Source: Candidatus Acetothermia bacterium (lineage in GTDB: Bacteria > Bipolaricaulota > Bipolaricaulia > M55B111). Taken from it: a stretch of 26,248 bases of DNA. Location of the stretch: the NCBI GenBank assembly GCA_046543235.1, contig JBKGZT010000015.1:1-26248 (forward strand), in the 5' to 3' direction. The translations under genes were made by a program, and so were the position numbers. Below the pieces are notes generated by a model. It was not told the DNA's origin and did not search any database. It was given only the letters and a program-made list of their open reading frames with translations. Positions within the stretch are counted from its first letter, which is position 1. Every line of letters begins with the position of its first letter. Below, in pieces: positions 1 to 8,576 of this stretch.

Positions 1-366
1 GCGGAGATCGCTTTTCTCGATGACCAGGGGAAGGTCGTAGGTAGCGGGAAGTTGTCGGCTGGAGAAGCGGGGCTGGAAATAGACGGTTCCGCCAGTTATT
101 TTCGTGTGAACTCCAACGACACTCGCCTGAACTACGAATACGAAATCAACTACACTTACCAGCCCTTTCGATTGCTGGCGATTCCCGCAGGTTTGTTGAC
201 CGTATTTGGCGTGGTAGCGTTATACAGGGGGTTTGAAGAGTTCATGTCGAACTTTGCTGAGAGGAGGGCGAAGGAGTTGGAAAAGGAAAAAAGCGGCGGT
301 CATGTAGACTTCATGGGGATTGACGAAGAGGACGTCGAATCCGACGACGAGGATGGTTACAAATAA
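1..366 (+). CDS. Hypothetical membrane protein, 5'-truncated by the window edge
   Basis: Frame is open from base 1 (AEIAFLDDQGKVVGSGKLSAG...). One hydrophobic segment (LLAIPAGLLTVFGVVALY) and an acidic C-terminus; stop TAA at 364-366. Confidence 0.7.
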   Translation, partial: AEIAFLDDQGKVVGSGKLSAGEAGLEIDGSASYFRVNSNDTRLNYEYEINYTYQPFRLLAIPAGLLTVFGVVALYRGFEEFMSNFAERRAKELEKEKSGGHVDFMGIDEEDVESDDEDGYK

Positions 367-367
367 G

Positions 368-787
368 ATGAGGGTCTACTTCAGCCACCCGACGCTTACC
401 TACCGGACCAGGACCGAGGAAAAGTGTATGGGAATCATCGAAGAGGTCCTCGGGCCAGAAGAAATAATCAACCCGGCCAACTACGGTATCAAGGACGATC
501 TCCGACAGATCGTCCGGGCAACCGGCGGGGTCGTGGGGATGGCGATCGGAAACAAGTATACTTTTCTCGTCTGGAACGAGATGGAAGAAGGAGAGAAACA
601 CGGGGCTAAGCTCTATACCATCAGGGTGCAGGACAAGGAGAAGATCGGGGGACTGGAGAAGGGAATGCCCCGAGATACGGTACGCCTTAACAGGGAAGAC
701 TCGCACGAGTTTACCCGGAAGCTATTGAAGGAAAACAGAAGTTCACTTCTTGGTCTGCTGTTCGGAAACTGGGGTAGCAGGTTCTAA
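368..787 (+). CDS. Hypothetical protein, possibly nucleoside 2-deoxyribosyltransferase-like fold
   Basis: ATG at 368 lies 1 nt after the upstream stop, so it is preferred over 320. The pattern MRVYFSHP...INP...D..IVR...VV...VWNE....HGAKLY echoes the NDT-like layout (YxxxP ... E ... GKP). Confidence 0.6.
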   Translation: MRVYFSHPTLTYRTRTEEKCMGIIEEVLGPEEIINPANYGIKDDLRQIVRATGGVVGMAIGNKYTFLVWNEMEEGEKHGAKLYTIRVQDKEKIGGLEKGMPRDTVRLNREDSHEFTRKLLKENRSSLLGLLFGNWGSRF

Positions 788-796
788 AGCGGCGTT

Positions 797-2020
797 TTAG
801 TGCTCGGGCCGGTAGAAATGCTCCCCGATTTCCTTCAGCAGGTTCCGGGCGAGGCGTGCTTTGTTCTGTCCTTCGAACTTCCTTTCTTGTCCTGAACGAA
901 ATACCAGCCTTCCGGTAAATAAAGTTGACCTGAACGGGCTCGGTTCCCCTTCTGCTTCCCGGTGGAAACAGGCATCCAGGTTGTCCTCTTCGATCTTCTC
1001 GTCAAGGCTGACTTCGCTGTCCCCGGTTCGGTAATCGATGGAGACCAGGATCTGGCCCTCTTCTTTTAATTTACCCATCTTTTTCAGAATATTCGGGGTT
1101 TCCTCGATATCCAGGTCTAGTCTCATCGTCTTTTCTTCTTTAAAGATTCCGTTCTGTTTAGACCCATCCCAGTCCTCGGCGGAGGCGGTCATCAATAGTA
1201 CGTCGTGCTGGGAGACCTCCTTCATCAACAACTCGTCCAGCTCTTTCTGGGTTCTCGCCCACACGAGACCTACACCGGGAGGTGCTATTTGTTCCGTCGG
1301 GCCGCTGACCAGGAGGACCTCAGCCCCCATCCCCCGGGCCTGCTTGCTGAGCTCGAAACCCAGGGTGCTAAGGCCCCCCGCACCGGGCTCCCTTGCCTTA
1401 GTGAAAGGTCTGCGCGTCGGACCGGCGGTGACCAGTACCTTTTTTTCGGTTAACAATGAGTCTTCCCGAAATACTTCTTCTGCCCTGGAGATGATCTCTT
1501 CCGGAGGGGGGAATAACAGGGAGCCGGTAGATGTTTCGTCGGGTACTTCTCCCTGGGACGGTTCAACCAGATAGAAACCGCGATCTTGGAGTCTATTCAG
1601 TTCACTCCTTACGTTCTCACTGGCGTAAAGCTTACGGTCCATGGATGGGGCTATGATGGTTGGCTGATCGGACAGGGAAACTACAGTATGTAACGCCCCG
1701 CCTTCCAGGTTGGAAGCAAGGTGGCCGATGAAACTGAAGGAAGCGGGAGCTATTATCACCATATCCGAGTTCCCCGCGGCCTCTTTTAAGCGGGTTTCTT
1801 CTCCATCGAGTCCCGTTTCCTCGAGAACCTGGCCTCCGGTTACTTCTTCAAAAGTCAGGGGGGTGATAAATTTCCTGCTCTCCTCACCGAGAACAACTTT
1901 GACGTCCGCCCCCTTTTCCCTTAACCGGCGGGCCAGGTGAGCAGCTTCGTAGGCCGTACTGACCCCACATACGCCAAGAAGTATATGCTTATTGGAGAGT
2001 AATTTGGTTTTGGTGTTCAT
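797..2020 (-). CDS. coaBC: CoaBC (phosphopantothenoylcysteine decarboxylase/ligase) homologue with degenerate active-site motifs
   Basis: 407 aa with two-domain CoaBC layout: ILLGVCG, KFITPLTFEEVTG, IIAPA, IIAPSM, KKVLVTAGPT, GAEVLLVSGP, TPNIL. Catalytic motifs diverge (see findings). Confidence 0.8.
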   Translation of the reverse strand: MNTKTKLLSNKHILLGVCGVSTAYEAAHLARRLREKGADVKVVLGEESRKFITPLTFEEVTGGQVLEETGLDGEETRLKEAAGNSDMVIIAPASFSFIGHLASNLEGGALHTVVSLSDQPTIIAPSMDRKLYASENVRSELNRLQDRGFYLVEPSQGEVPDETSTGSLLFPPPEEIISRAEEVFREDSLLTEKKVLVTAGPTRRPFTKAREPGAGGLSTLGFELSKQARGMGAEVLLVSGPTEQIAPPGVGLVWARTQKELDELLMKEVSQHDVLLMTASAEDWDGSKQNGIFKEEKTMRLDLDIEETPNILKKMGKLKEEGQILVSIDYRTGDSEVSLDEKIEEDNLDACFHREAEGEPSPFRSTLFTGRLVFRSGQERKFEGQNKARLARNLLKEIGEHFYRPEH

Positions 2021-2141
2021 GGCTAAAATCTAATATCCCGTTGATAATAAATCAAATAGCGAGAGGGATTGTTTTTCACCCCTTTTTTAAGTGGGGAAGA
2101 AATGAGACGAAAATGGTCTGGATTTCAATAAAAAGAGCTAT

Positions 2142-2147
2142 TATAAT
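2142..2147 (+). promoter_or_regulatory. Consensus -10 box upstream of the candidate ncRNA
   Basis: TATAAT 13 nt before the long hairpin. No convincing -35 box (TGGATT at 17 bp spacing). Confidence 0.4.
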
Positions 2148-2160
2148 TCTTATGAAATTC

Positions 2161-2317
2161 CAAGGGTGAAAAGTAATATACCCACCACGGGTCCGCCTGG
2201 GCATACCAGACGGTATGGTGTTTTGCTGCGTTGGTTTAGCCTCCTTCCTTCGCAGTTTTTTCGCCATACCATTAACCAAGTATATGACCTGGGCGGATCC
2301 TACTTTTACCGCCCTTG
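2161..2317 (+). ncRNA. Candidate structured non-coding RNA, long interrupted hairpin (6S-like or sRNA; family not identified)
   Basis: Six nested helices: 2161-2168/2310-2317, 2169-2175/2301-2307, 2189-2201/2288-2300, 2202-2205/2283-2286, 2212-2220/2262-2270 and 2226-2230/2251-2255. Five G-U pairs work only on the + strand. Confidence 0.65.
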
Positions 2318-2504
2318 TTAAACTCGCCCCTTCCCTTTTTTTGGTATCCCTTGCAAAGAATATCGTAGTAGCTGGTGAAAAATGAATCGAAATAACGGGT
2401 TAATAAATCCCATCTCCCTTTCTTAGGCCCCTCTTGCCGAGGCTCGGTTATAGGTACCCGGACCTATCCGTCGGAGTTCGTAACCCTTTATAGTATTACT
2501 CCCA

Positions 2505-2533
2505 TTGCCAGACCGGAAGGAGTGTAATAAACT
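2505..2533 (+). promoter_or_regulatory. Putative sigma70-type promoter for nfnAB
   Basis: TTGCCA (2505-2510), 17 bp spacer, TAAACT (2528-2533). Confidence 0.45.
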
Positions 2534-2580
2534 TGTCACCGATTGTTCGCCTTTTGACGGCTAATTTAGCGAGGAGAGCC

Positions 2581-3414
2581 ATGAACGATATATTAAGAAA
2601 AGAGAAGTTGGCCAGCGGAGTCTACGAATACCTGATAGATGCGCCGTTAATAGCTAAATCCCATCAGCCGGGACAGTTCGTCATACTTCGGCTCCACGAA
2701 AAAGGGGAGAGGTTCCCTCTGACGATCGCCGATTCCGATCCGGAAGCCGGCGTTATTACCCTCGTGGTCCAATCCGCCGGCAAATCCACCATGGAGTTGA
2801 ACCGCGACTACGGGGAAGGCGATGGGGTGCTGGACCTGGCCGGCCCGCTGGGTAATCCCTCGGAAATAGATGATTATGGAAAAGTCGTGGTTATAGGTGG
2901 TGGAGTTGGTATAGCTTTGATATATCCCGTAGCGAAGGCGCTATCCGAGGCGGGGAACCACGTGATCTCGATAATCGGAGCTCAGTCGGCCGATAAAATC
3001 TTTTACCGGGCAAAGGTCGGGGAAATAAGCGACGAACTGATAGTAACTACGGACGACGGTTCCATCGGTAGGAAGGGATTTACCAGCGACCCTTATCGGG
3101 ACCTGCTCGACCGGACGCGGATCGACAGGTCCTGGGCGATAGGTCCGGTGGCCATGATGAGAGCCTGCGCCGGGATGGCGGAAGAGGCCGACAGTCAGTT
3201 GATCGTGAGCCTCAACACGATAATGGTCGACGGCACCGGGATGTGTGGTGGCTGCCGGGTAGAGGTCGACGGCGAGGCGAAATTTGCCTGTGTCGACGGA
3301 CCCGAGTTCGATGCCGGCCGGGTGGATTTCGAACTGCTCTCCCGGCGAATTGAAAGCTACGAGGAAGAAGAAGAATGTGCTCTGGAGAGATATCTGGAGG
3401 GTGACGAGGAATGA
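2581..3414 (+). CDS. nfnA: NfnA/SudB-type FAD/NAD-binding [2Fe-2S] subunit of ferredoxin:NADP+ oxidoreductase (electron-bifurcating transhydrogenase)
   Basis: PGQFVILR, GERFPLTIAD, GPLGNPS, GGGVG and MVDGTGMCGGCRV...CVDGPEFD motifs. GAGGAG RBS precedes ATG 2581, preferred over TTG 2533. Confidence 0.9.
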   Translation: MNDILRKEKLASGVYEYLIDAPLIAKSHQPGQFVILRLHEKGERFPLTIADSDPEAGVITLVVQSAGKSTMELNRDYGEGDGVLDLAGPLGNPSEIDDYGKVVVIGGGVGIALIYPVAKALSEAGNHVISIIGAQSADKIFYRAKVGEISDELIVTTDDGSIGRKGFTSDPYRDLLDRTRIDRSWAIGPVAMMRACAGMAEEADSQLIVSLNTIMVDGTGMCGGCRVEVDGEAKFACVDGPEFDAGRVDFELLSRRIESYEEEEECALERYLEGDEE

Positions 3415-4817
3415 ATATCAGGGAAGAATCCGTACCGATGCCGGAAGCGGATCCGTCGGAGCGGGTGGGTAACTTCGAAGAGGTACCACAGGGTTACGAC
3501 GCCGAGATGGCTGTTGAAGAGGCGGAACGCTGCCTCCAGTGTGATCCAGCTCCCTGTACGGAGGGTTGCCCGGTAGGGGTGGATATACCCGGGTTTATCG
3601 CGAGAATAAAGGAGAGGGACTTTAAGGGAGCCATTGACAGGATAAAGGAGACCAACAACCTGCCGGCGGTATGTGGCAGGGTATGTCCCCAGGAAGAACA
3701 GTGTCAGGCGGTTTGCACCCTGGGTCGGAACTACGATCCGGTGGAGATAGGACGGTTAGAAAGGTTTGTCGCCGACTGGGAAAGGGAGAAAGGACAATCG
3801 GAGGATGCCCTCGAGGTATCGAGGAAGGAGAGGATAGCCGTAGTTGGTTCCGGACCCTCCGGTCTAACTGCCGCTTCGGACCTGAGAAAACGGGGTTACG
3901 ATGTCACGGTTTTCGAACAATTTCACCAGCCGGGAGGTGTGCTGGTCTACGGCATACCGGAGTTCCGGCTTCCGAATGAAATAGTCGAGAGCGAAGTAGA
4001 TCACCTGAGAGGGATGGGTGTAAGGATAGAGACGAATACCGTGGTGGGCCGACTTTTCACCGTGGACGACTTGATTGCCGGAGAAAAAGTCGATAAATAC
4101 GATGCCGTCTTCCTTGGAACTGGTGCAGGCTTACCTTATTTCCTTGGCCTGCCTGGCGAGAGCCTGAACGGTATATACTCGGCAAACGAGTTCCTTACCA
4201 GGGTTAACTTGATGAAAGCATTCAAGTTTCCCGATTACGATACTCCAGTTAAGGTCGGCGACCGGGTGGCGACGATAGGTGGCGGTAACGTGGCGATGGA
4301 CTCAGCCAGAACTGCTCTCCGGCTGGGTGCGGAGAAATCGTTCATCATCTACAGGAGGTCGGAAGAACAGGCCCCAGCCAGGGTAGAAGAACTGGAGCAC
4401 GCCAGAGAGGAAGGCGTAGATTTTCGTTTCCTCCGCAACCCCGTCGCTTTCAGGGGGAAAGAAGGTCGAGTTGAATCGGTCGAATGCCTGAAAACGGAGC
4501 TAGGGGAACCGGATGATTCCGGCAGGCCACGACCCGTACCGGTGGAAGGGTCGGAGATGGAAATACCGGTCGATAACGTCATAATGGCCGTTGGCACTTC
4601 GCCCCACCCCCTCGTTCCCAGGACCACGGACGGACTGAAGACGAACGATAACGGGACCCTATTAACTAAGGAGGGTGGGAGAACCACCAAGAAGGGGGTC
4701 TGGGCCGGTGGGGATATCGTCACGGGAGCGGCGACGGTTATAAATGCAATGGGTGCGGGGAAGACCGCGGCCGCCGATATCCATAGGTGGTTAACCGGTT
4801 CCGAGGCTGGCTGGTGA
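3411..4817 (+). CDS. nfnB: NfnB/SudA-type large subunit (glutamate synthase small-subunit-like, two [4Fe-4S], FAD)
   Basis: EAERCLQC...C...GCPV, CGRVCPQEEQC, GSGPSG, YGIPEFRLP, GGGNVAMD and GGDIVTGAATV motifs. ATGA overlap with nfnA; no glutamate synthase large subunit nearby. Confidence 0.9.
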   Translation: MNIREESVPMPEADPSERVGNFEEVPQGYDAEMAVEEAERCLQCDPAPCTEGCPVGVDIPGFIARIKERDFKGAIDRIKETNNLPAVCGRVCPQEEQCQAVCTLGRNYDPVEIGRLERFVADWEREKGQSEDALEVSRKERIAVVGSGPSGLTAASDLRKRGYDVTVFEQFHQPGGVLVYGIPEFRLPNEIVESEVDHLRGMGVRIETNTVVGRLFTVDDLIAGEKVDKYDAVFLGTGAGLPYFLGLPGESLNGIYSANEFLTRVNLMKAFKFPDYDTPVKVGDRVATIGGGNVAMDSARTALRLGAEKSFIIYRRSEEQAPARVEELEHAREEGVDFRFLRNPVAFRGKEGRVESVECLKTELGEPDDSGRPRPVPVEGSEMEIPVDNVIMAVGTSPHPLVPRTTDGLKTNDNGTLLTKEGGRTTKKGVWAGGDIVTGAATVINAMGAGKTAAADIHRWLTGSEAGW

Positions 4818-4841
4818 CCTCCTTCTAAAACCGGCCGGGGT

Positions 4842-5420
4842 TTAACTGGGCTGTGATAGGTAAAATAGCCCAGCCAGCGTTTTCCCGTCTTTGATTTCTC
4901 CCTTGTTTGCCCTCTCCAAGACTTCATTCGCCGGGAATGCTCCTACCTCCAGGTTCTCGTCCTCCGGGGCTTCTATTTTTTCGGACCCCCCGACCACCTC
5001 TATGTCGGTGGCCAGATAAAGAGAGAGAACTTCGTCGGAGTATCCGGGGGAAGTATAGAGATCAACCTTCTTCTCCAGTTCCAGAGGTTTGAACCCCGTT
5101 TCCTCTATAAGCTCCCTTCGGGCGCATTCCCTTCTGGTTTCACCCTCTTCCAGAGTCCCGGCGGGAAACTCCCAGAGAGTTTGTCCGGCCGGCTCGCGGT
5201 ACTGTTTCACGAGAACCAGTCTGTCGCCCGATTCATCCTGTAGGCGGGGAACTATAACGACCCCGCCAGGGTGGTGGACGACTTCGCGCCGCCCCTTTCG
5301 CCCCTCCGGGTCCCGTACTTCGTTGACCGTTAGGGTTAGCAGGTTCCCGCTGAACTCCTTGCGTTCCCTGATCGTCTTCTCTTCCAGTCCGGGGTCTTTG
5401 CTCCCACCTGAGTTCGTCAT
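4842..5420 (-). CDS. nudF: Nudix hydrolase, ADP-ribose pyrophosphatase-like
   Basis: Nudix box GTLEEGETRRECARRELIEETG, plus REVVHHPGGV, VKQYR, EFPAG, YTSPGYSDE and IKDGKT. Confidence 0.85.
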   Translation of the reverse strand: MTNSGGSKDPGLEEKTIRERKEFSGNLLTLTVNEVRDPEGRKGRREVVHHPGGVVIVPRLQDESGDRLVLVKQYREPAGQTLWEFPAGTLEEGETRRECARRELIEETGFKPLELEKKVDLYTSPGYSDEVLSLYLATDIEVVGGSEKIEAPEDENLEVGAFPANEVLERANKGEIKDGKTLAGLFYLSQPS

Positions 5421-5454
5421 CGGTTACCTCAAGACCTTCCGGTTTTTCCGAGCC

Positions 5455-6003
5455 TCAAACTTTAACTCCTTCGGCCGCCTCGTAACCTTCCTCCAGCGCG
5501 TTACTATTTATCTCAACAAATCCCCCTTTTCCCGATTCCTCAAGGGTCAGTCGCATGCCGGTCTTTAGAGCCCCGAGGGAAAGTCGGTCGGTCGCTTTCG
5601 ACCAGGCGCCGAGGGCGACCATGTTAAGGACCTTTTGATTACCGAGTTCTCTGGCGATATCGTTGAGCGGGACAGGTACGGTCCTTGCGTCCGAATCGTA
5701 GTCTTCTATCAGCGAGCTGTTCAGAATGGTTACCCCTTCTTCTTTCACGTTGGGACCGAACTTTTCCAGGGAGGGTTCGTTGAAAGCGATCAGAGCTGAT
5801 GGCTTTTTTACCACCGGCGAACCTATAAGTTCGGAAGATATGATTGCGGTACAGTTCGCCGTCCCGCCACGCATTTCCGGGCCGTAAGAAGGAAGCCAGG
5901 TAACTTCCAGCCCCTCTTCCATGCCGGACCTGGCAATGATCTTCCCGGTTAGTATGACTCCCTGGCCACCGAAACCGGAGACTATAGTAGAGTGCTCTTT
6001 CAT
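5455..6003 (-). CDS. 2-oxoacid:ferredoxin oxidoreductase gamma subunit
   Basis: GFGGQG, PSYGPEMRGGTANC and NMVALGA motifs. Confidence 0.92.
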   Translation of the reverse strand: MKEHSTIVSGFGGQGVILTGKIIARSGMEEGLEVTWLPSYGPEMRGGTANCTAIISSELIGSPVVKKPSALIAFNEPSLEKFGPNVKEEGVTILNSSLIEDYDSDARTVPVPLNDIARELGNQKVLNMVALGAWSKATDRLSLGALKTGMRLTLEESGKGGFVEINSNALEEGYEAAEGVKV

Positions 6004-6015
6004 CTCTACCCTCCT

Positions 6016-6789
6016 TTAAGTCCTATCGATTATATCCCCGAGGGGGTATACCTTTTCTACCTTTTCCTTTATCCTCTTGTTCGCTTCCACGGGATCCATG
6101 CCCCAGTTTATTGGGCAGGCGGACAGCAACTCCACCATAGCGTAACCGTCTTCTTCCATTTGAACTTTAAAGGCCTTTTTAATTGACTTCTTTGCCTGGT
6201 CTATCCTCTTTACGTCGTAAACTGCCTGGCGGGAGATGTAAGTTGGGCCGTCGAGCTGGCCGAGCATCTCGGACATCTTTATCGGGTAACCATAGTCCTT
6301 TGCGCTCCTGCCGTGCGGAGTGGTAGTCGTCTTCTGGTCCAGCAGGGTGGTTGGAGCCATTTCCCCGCCGGTCATTCCGTAGAGAGTGTTGTTTATGAAG
6401 AACACGGTTATGCTTTCTCCCCTGTTTGCAGCGTGGGTTGAGTTGTTGGTGCCGATGGAGGCGAAGTCACCGTCCCCCTGATAAGCGAATACCGTTAGAT
6501 CCGGCCGGGCACGCTTGACCCCCGTGGCGACAGCCGAGACCCGTCCGTGGGCCGGCTGAATCACGTCTACGTCGAACCATTTGTAGAGAAAAACCGAGCA
6601 ACCGACCGGAGCCGTTCCCACGGTAGAATCTTGAACTCCAAGCTCGTCGATTGCCTCCGCGATGAGCCGATTTATAACGCCGTGATGACAGCCCGGACAG
6701 TAGCTAAATTCCTCGTCGTTCAGGCTTTCCGGCCTGTCGAAGACCTTCTTCATGTTGGAAGTTCCTTCGGCGACTGCCTCTTTAGACAT
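6016..6789 (-). CDS. 2-oxoacid:ferredoxin oxidoreductase beta (TPP-binding) subunit
   Basis: YCPGCHHG, PVGCS, HGR, YQGDGD...NNTLYGMTGG and ACPINW motifs. Confidence 0.92.
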   Translation of the reverse strand: MSKEAVAEGTSNMKKVFDRPESLNDEEFSYCPGCHHGVINRLIAEAIDELGVQDSTVGTAPVGCSVFLYKWFDVDVIQPAHGRVSAVATGVKRARPDLTVFAYQGDGDFASIGTNNSTHAANRGESITVFFINNTLYGMTGGEMAPTTLLDQKTTTTPHGRSAKDYGYPIKMSEMLGQLDGPTYISRQAVYDVKRIDQAKKSIKKAFKVQMEEDGYAMVELLSACPINWGMDPVEANKRIKEKVEKVYPLGDIIDRT

Positions 6790-7837
6790 ATTGCTTTACC
6801 TCCTCGACGATTCTTTCGGGCGTTGGTACGACCCCCCCCATCTCCCCGTAGAAGGGAGTATTTACCTCTGAACCGACAGAAAGCCGGACGTCTTCGACCA
6901 TCTGGCCGGAATTCATTTCCAGTGTTAAAACCGTATCGATCCTTTTGCTGAGTTCGCTTAACCTCTCGTTCGGAAAGGGCCAGAGCGTGATAGGGCGAAA
7001 TATCCCGGCGTTTATCCCTTCTTCGCGGGCAAGCCTGTGTGCCGACCTGGCAATCCTCGCGACGGTTCCGAACGCCACTAGCAGGATATCCGGCTCCTCG
7101 GTTCCGATTTCTTCGTAACGCTTCTCTTTCGCCTCGATATCCGCGTACTTTTCTTGCAGGCCCTGGTTGAGCGATTTTAGCTCCTCTGCACCCAGAGCGA
7201 AGCTTCTGATCACGTTCGGTTCTCTCCCGTCAGTTCCGGTGGTGGCCCAGGGTTTATCCGAGAGTTCGGAAGGGTCGATTTTTTCGGGTAGCTCGACCGG
7301 TTCCATCATCTGGCCGATCATTCCGTCCGCGAGGACGACGACCGGGGTCCTGTAATTGTCGGCCAGGTTGAACGCCTCGTAGGTTAGTTCGGCGGCCTCC
7401 GGGACCGTCGACGGAGCCAGTACGATCAACCTGTAGTCCCCGTGTCCACCGCCTTTTGTCGTTTGAAAGTAATCCCCCTGTGCCGGTTGGATGTTTCCCA
7501 GGCCGGGTCCCCCTCGCATGATGTTGACTATGACCGCGGGCAGTTCCGCACCGGCCAGGTAGGAAATCCCCTCCTGTTTCAGGCTTATGCCCGGACTGCT
7601 CGAGGACGTCATCGTCCGTTCTCCCGTCGAAGCCGCGCCGTAAACCATATTTATCGCACCTATTTCGCTCTCCGCCTGGAGAAAGGTACCGTCTTCCTGC
7701 TCCGGCATGTGGTTTGCCATCCACTGTAGCAGTTCGGCCTGGGGGGTGATCGGGTAAGCGAAGTAGTTCCTGCATCCGGCTCTTATCGCTGCTTCGGCAA
7801 TGGCTTCGTTTCCCCTGAGTAGCTTTTTCTCACCCAT
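6782..7837 (-). CDS. vorB: 2-oxoacid:ferredoxin oxidoreductase alpha subunit (2-ketoisovalerate/VOR-type)
   Basis: GNEAIAEAA, YPITPQ, QAESE, TSSSSPGISLKQE, RGGPGLGNIQPAQGDY and KGGGHGDY, which are typical of the VOR-type alpha chain. Substrate is inferred. Confidence 0.88.
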   Translation of the reverse strand: MGEKKLLRGNEAIAEAAIRAGCRNYFAYPITPQAELLQWMANHMPEQEDGTFLQAESEIGAINMVYGAASTGERTMTSSSSPGISLKQEGISYLAGAELPAVIVNIMRGGPGLGNIQPAQGDYFQTTKGGGHGDYRLIVLAPSTVPEAAELTYEAFNLADNYRTPVVVLADGMIGQMMEPVELPEKIDPSELSDKPWATTGTDGREPNVIRSFALGAEELKSLNQGLQEKYADIEAKEKRYEEIGTEEPDILLVAFGTVARIARSAHRLAREEGINAGIFRPITLWPFPNERLSELSKRIDTVLTLEMNSGQMVEDVRLSVGSEVNTPFYGEMGGVVPTPERIVEEVKQYV

Positions 7838-8064
7838 TATACCCCCTCCTTTTGTTTTTGATAGACGGTGAGCGCTACGTCAGGACAGACCTTTCCGCAG
7901 AAGCCACATCCGACACAATCGTCCGGATTTTCGGCGGTCACGTAGTTGTAACCGCTCGAGTTGAAATCGTCCGAAAAGGACAGGACGTCCTGGGGACAGG
8001 CTTCGATACAGAGCCCGCACCCCTTACAGCGCTCCTCGTTAACCTCCACTTTGCCCCTCGGCAT
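7837..8064 (-). CDS. 2x[4Fe-4S] ferredoxin-like delta subunit
   Basis: [12 protein letters not shown] and [12 protein letters not shown]; stop/start overlap with the alpha subunit. Confidence 0.92.
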   Translation of the reverse strand: MPRGKVEVNEERCKGCGLCIEACPQDVLSFSDDFNSSGYNYVTAENPDDCVGCGFCGKVCPDVALTVYQKQKEGV

Positions 8065-8083
8065 GGTTGAACCCCTCCTAGAG

Positions 8084-8503
8084 TTAAACGGTCCAGAAGT
8101 CCACGTTCAGTCTTTCTTTTCGGTTTTCTCGTACCTCCTCAAGGGTTTCATCCACCTCGGAAAACCACTCCTCCAGCTCGTCCGATATTTCCGGCTCTTC
8201 TGCCTTTTCGTCACCGTTTTGCTTTTCGTGGGAGACGTTTTTCAGGTATTTGTCGGGTTTTTCCTGGAAGTTGTCCCCCGAGTAAAGCTTCATCAGGGTG
8301 ACGTGGAACCTGCCTTTTTCGATTTGGTTGTCGACCCTCACTTTGGCTTCTGTACCTACATCTATATCCGACTCGGAGACGCTCTCTATAAGGTTATTGT
8401 GCTCGGCAATTCCCGTCACACCGTTACAAAGCGAGATTACGTAACCTTCTTCTCCTATCTCATCTACTACTCCGGTCACTTTTTCGCCGACTCTTATCTC
8501 CAT
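8084..8503 (-). CDS. Single S1-domain RNA-binding protein (divergent YabR/GSP13-like)
   Basis: N-terminus [14 protein letters not shown]...[12 protein letters not shown]......VG....VRV....KGRFHVTL fits an S1/OB repeat, followed by a charged helical tail. Confidence 0.65.
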   Translation of the reverse strand: MEIRVGEKVTGVVDEIGEEGYVISLCNGVTGIAEHNNLIESVSESDIDVGTEAKVRVDNQIEKGRFHVTLMKLYSGDNFQEKPDKYLKNVSHEKQNGDEKAEEPEISDELEEWFSEVDETLEEVRENRKERLNVDFWTV

Positions 8504-8547
8504 TTTATCACCAACCCCAGGCTTGAGGTAAAAATTGCCTGCATGAG

Positions 8548-8576
8548 ATTATACTTCTCACCCCTGAAAAGATCAA
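8548..8576 (-). promoter_or_regulatory. Sigma70-type promoter for the S1/oxidoreductase operon
   Basis: Minus strand TTGATC (8576-8571), 17 bp spacer, TATAAT (8553-8548). Confidence 0.65.

Noticed and set aside
2076-2279. 67-aa minus-strand ORF with a hydrophobic C-terminus (possible type I toxin opposite the structured RNA)
   Set aside because: There is no RBS at its start, and the internal AAGGAGG is not followed by a start codon at suitable spacing. The G-U pattern favours a + strand RNA.
2533-2580. N-terminal extension of NfnA from TTG 2533
   Set aside because: It overlaps the predicted -10 box. The RBS and family N-terminus fit ATG 2581.
3411-4817. Glutamate synthase small subunit (gltD) call
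   Set aside because: It is coupled to an NfnA/SudB-type gene and no large subunit is nearby, so an Nfn/Sud-type enzyme is more likely.
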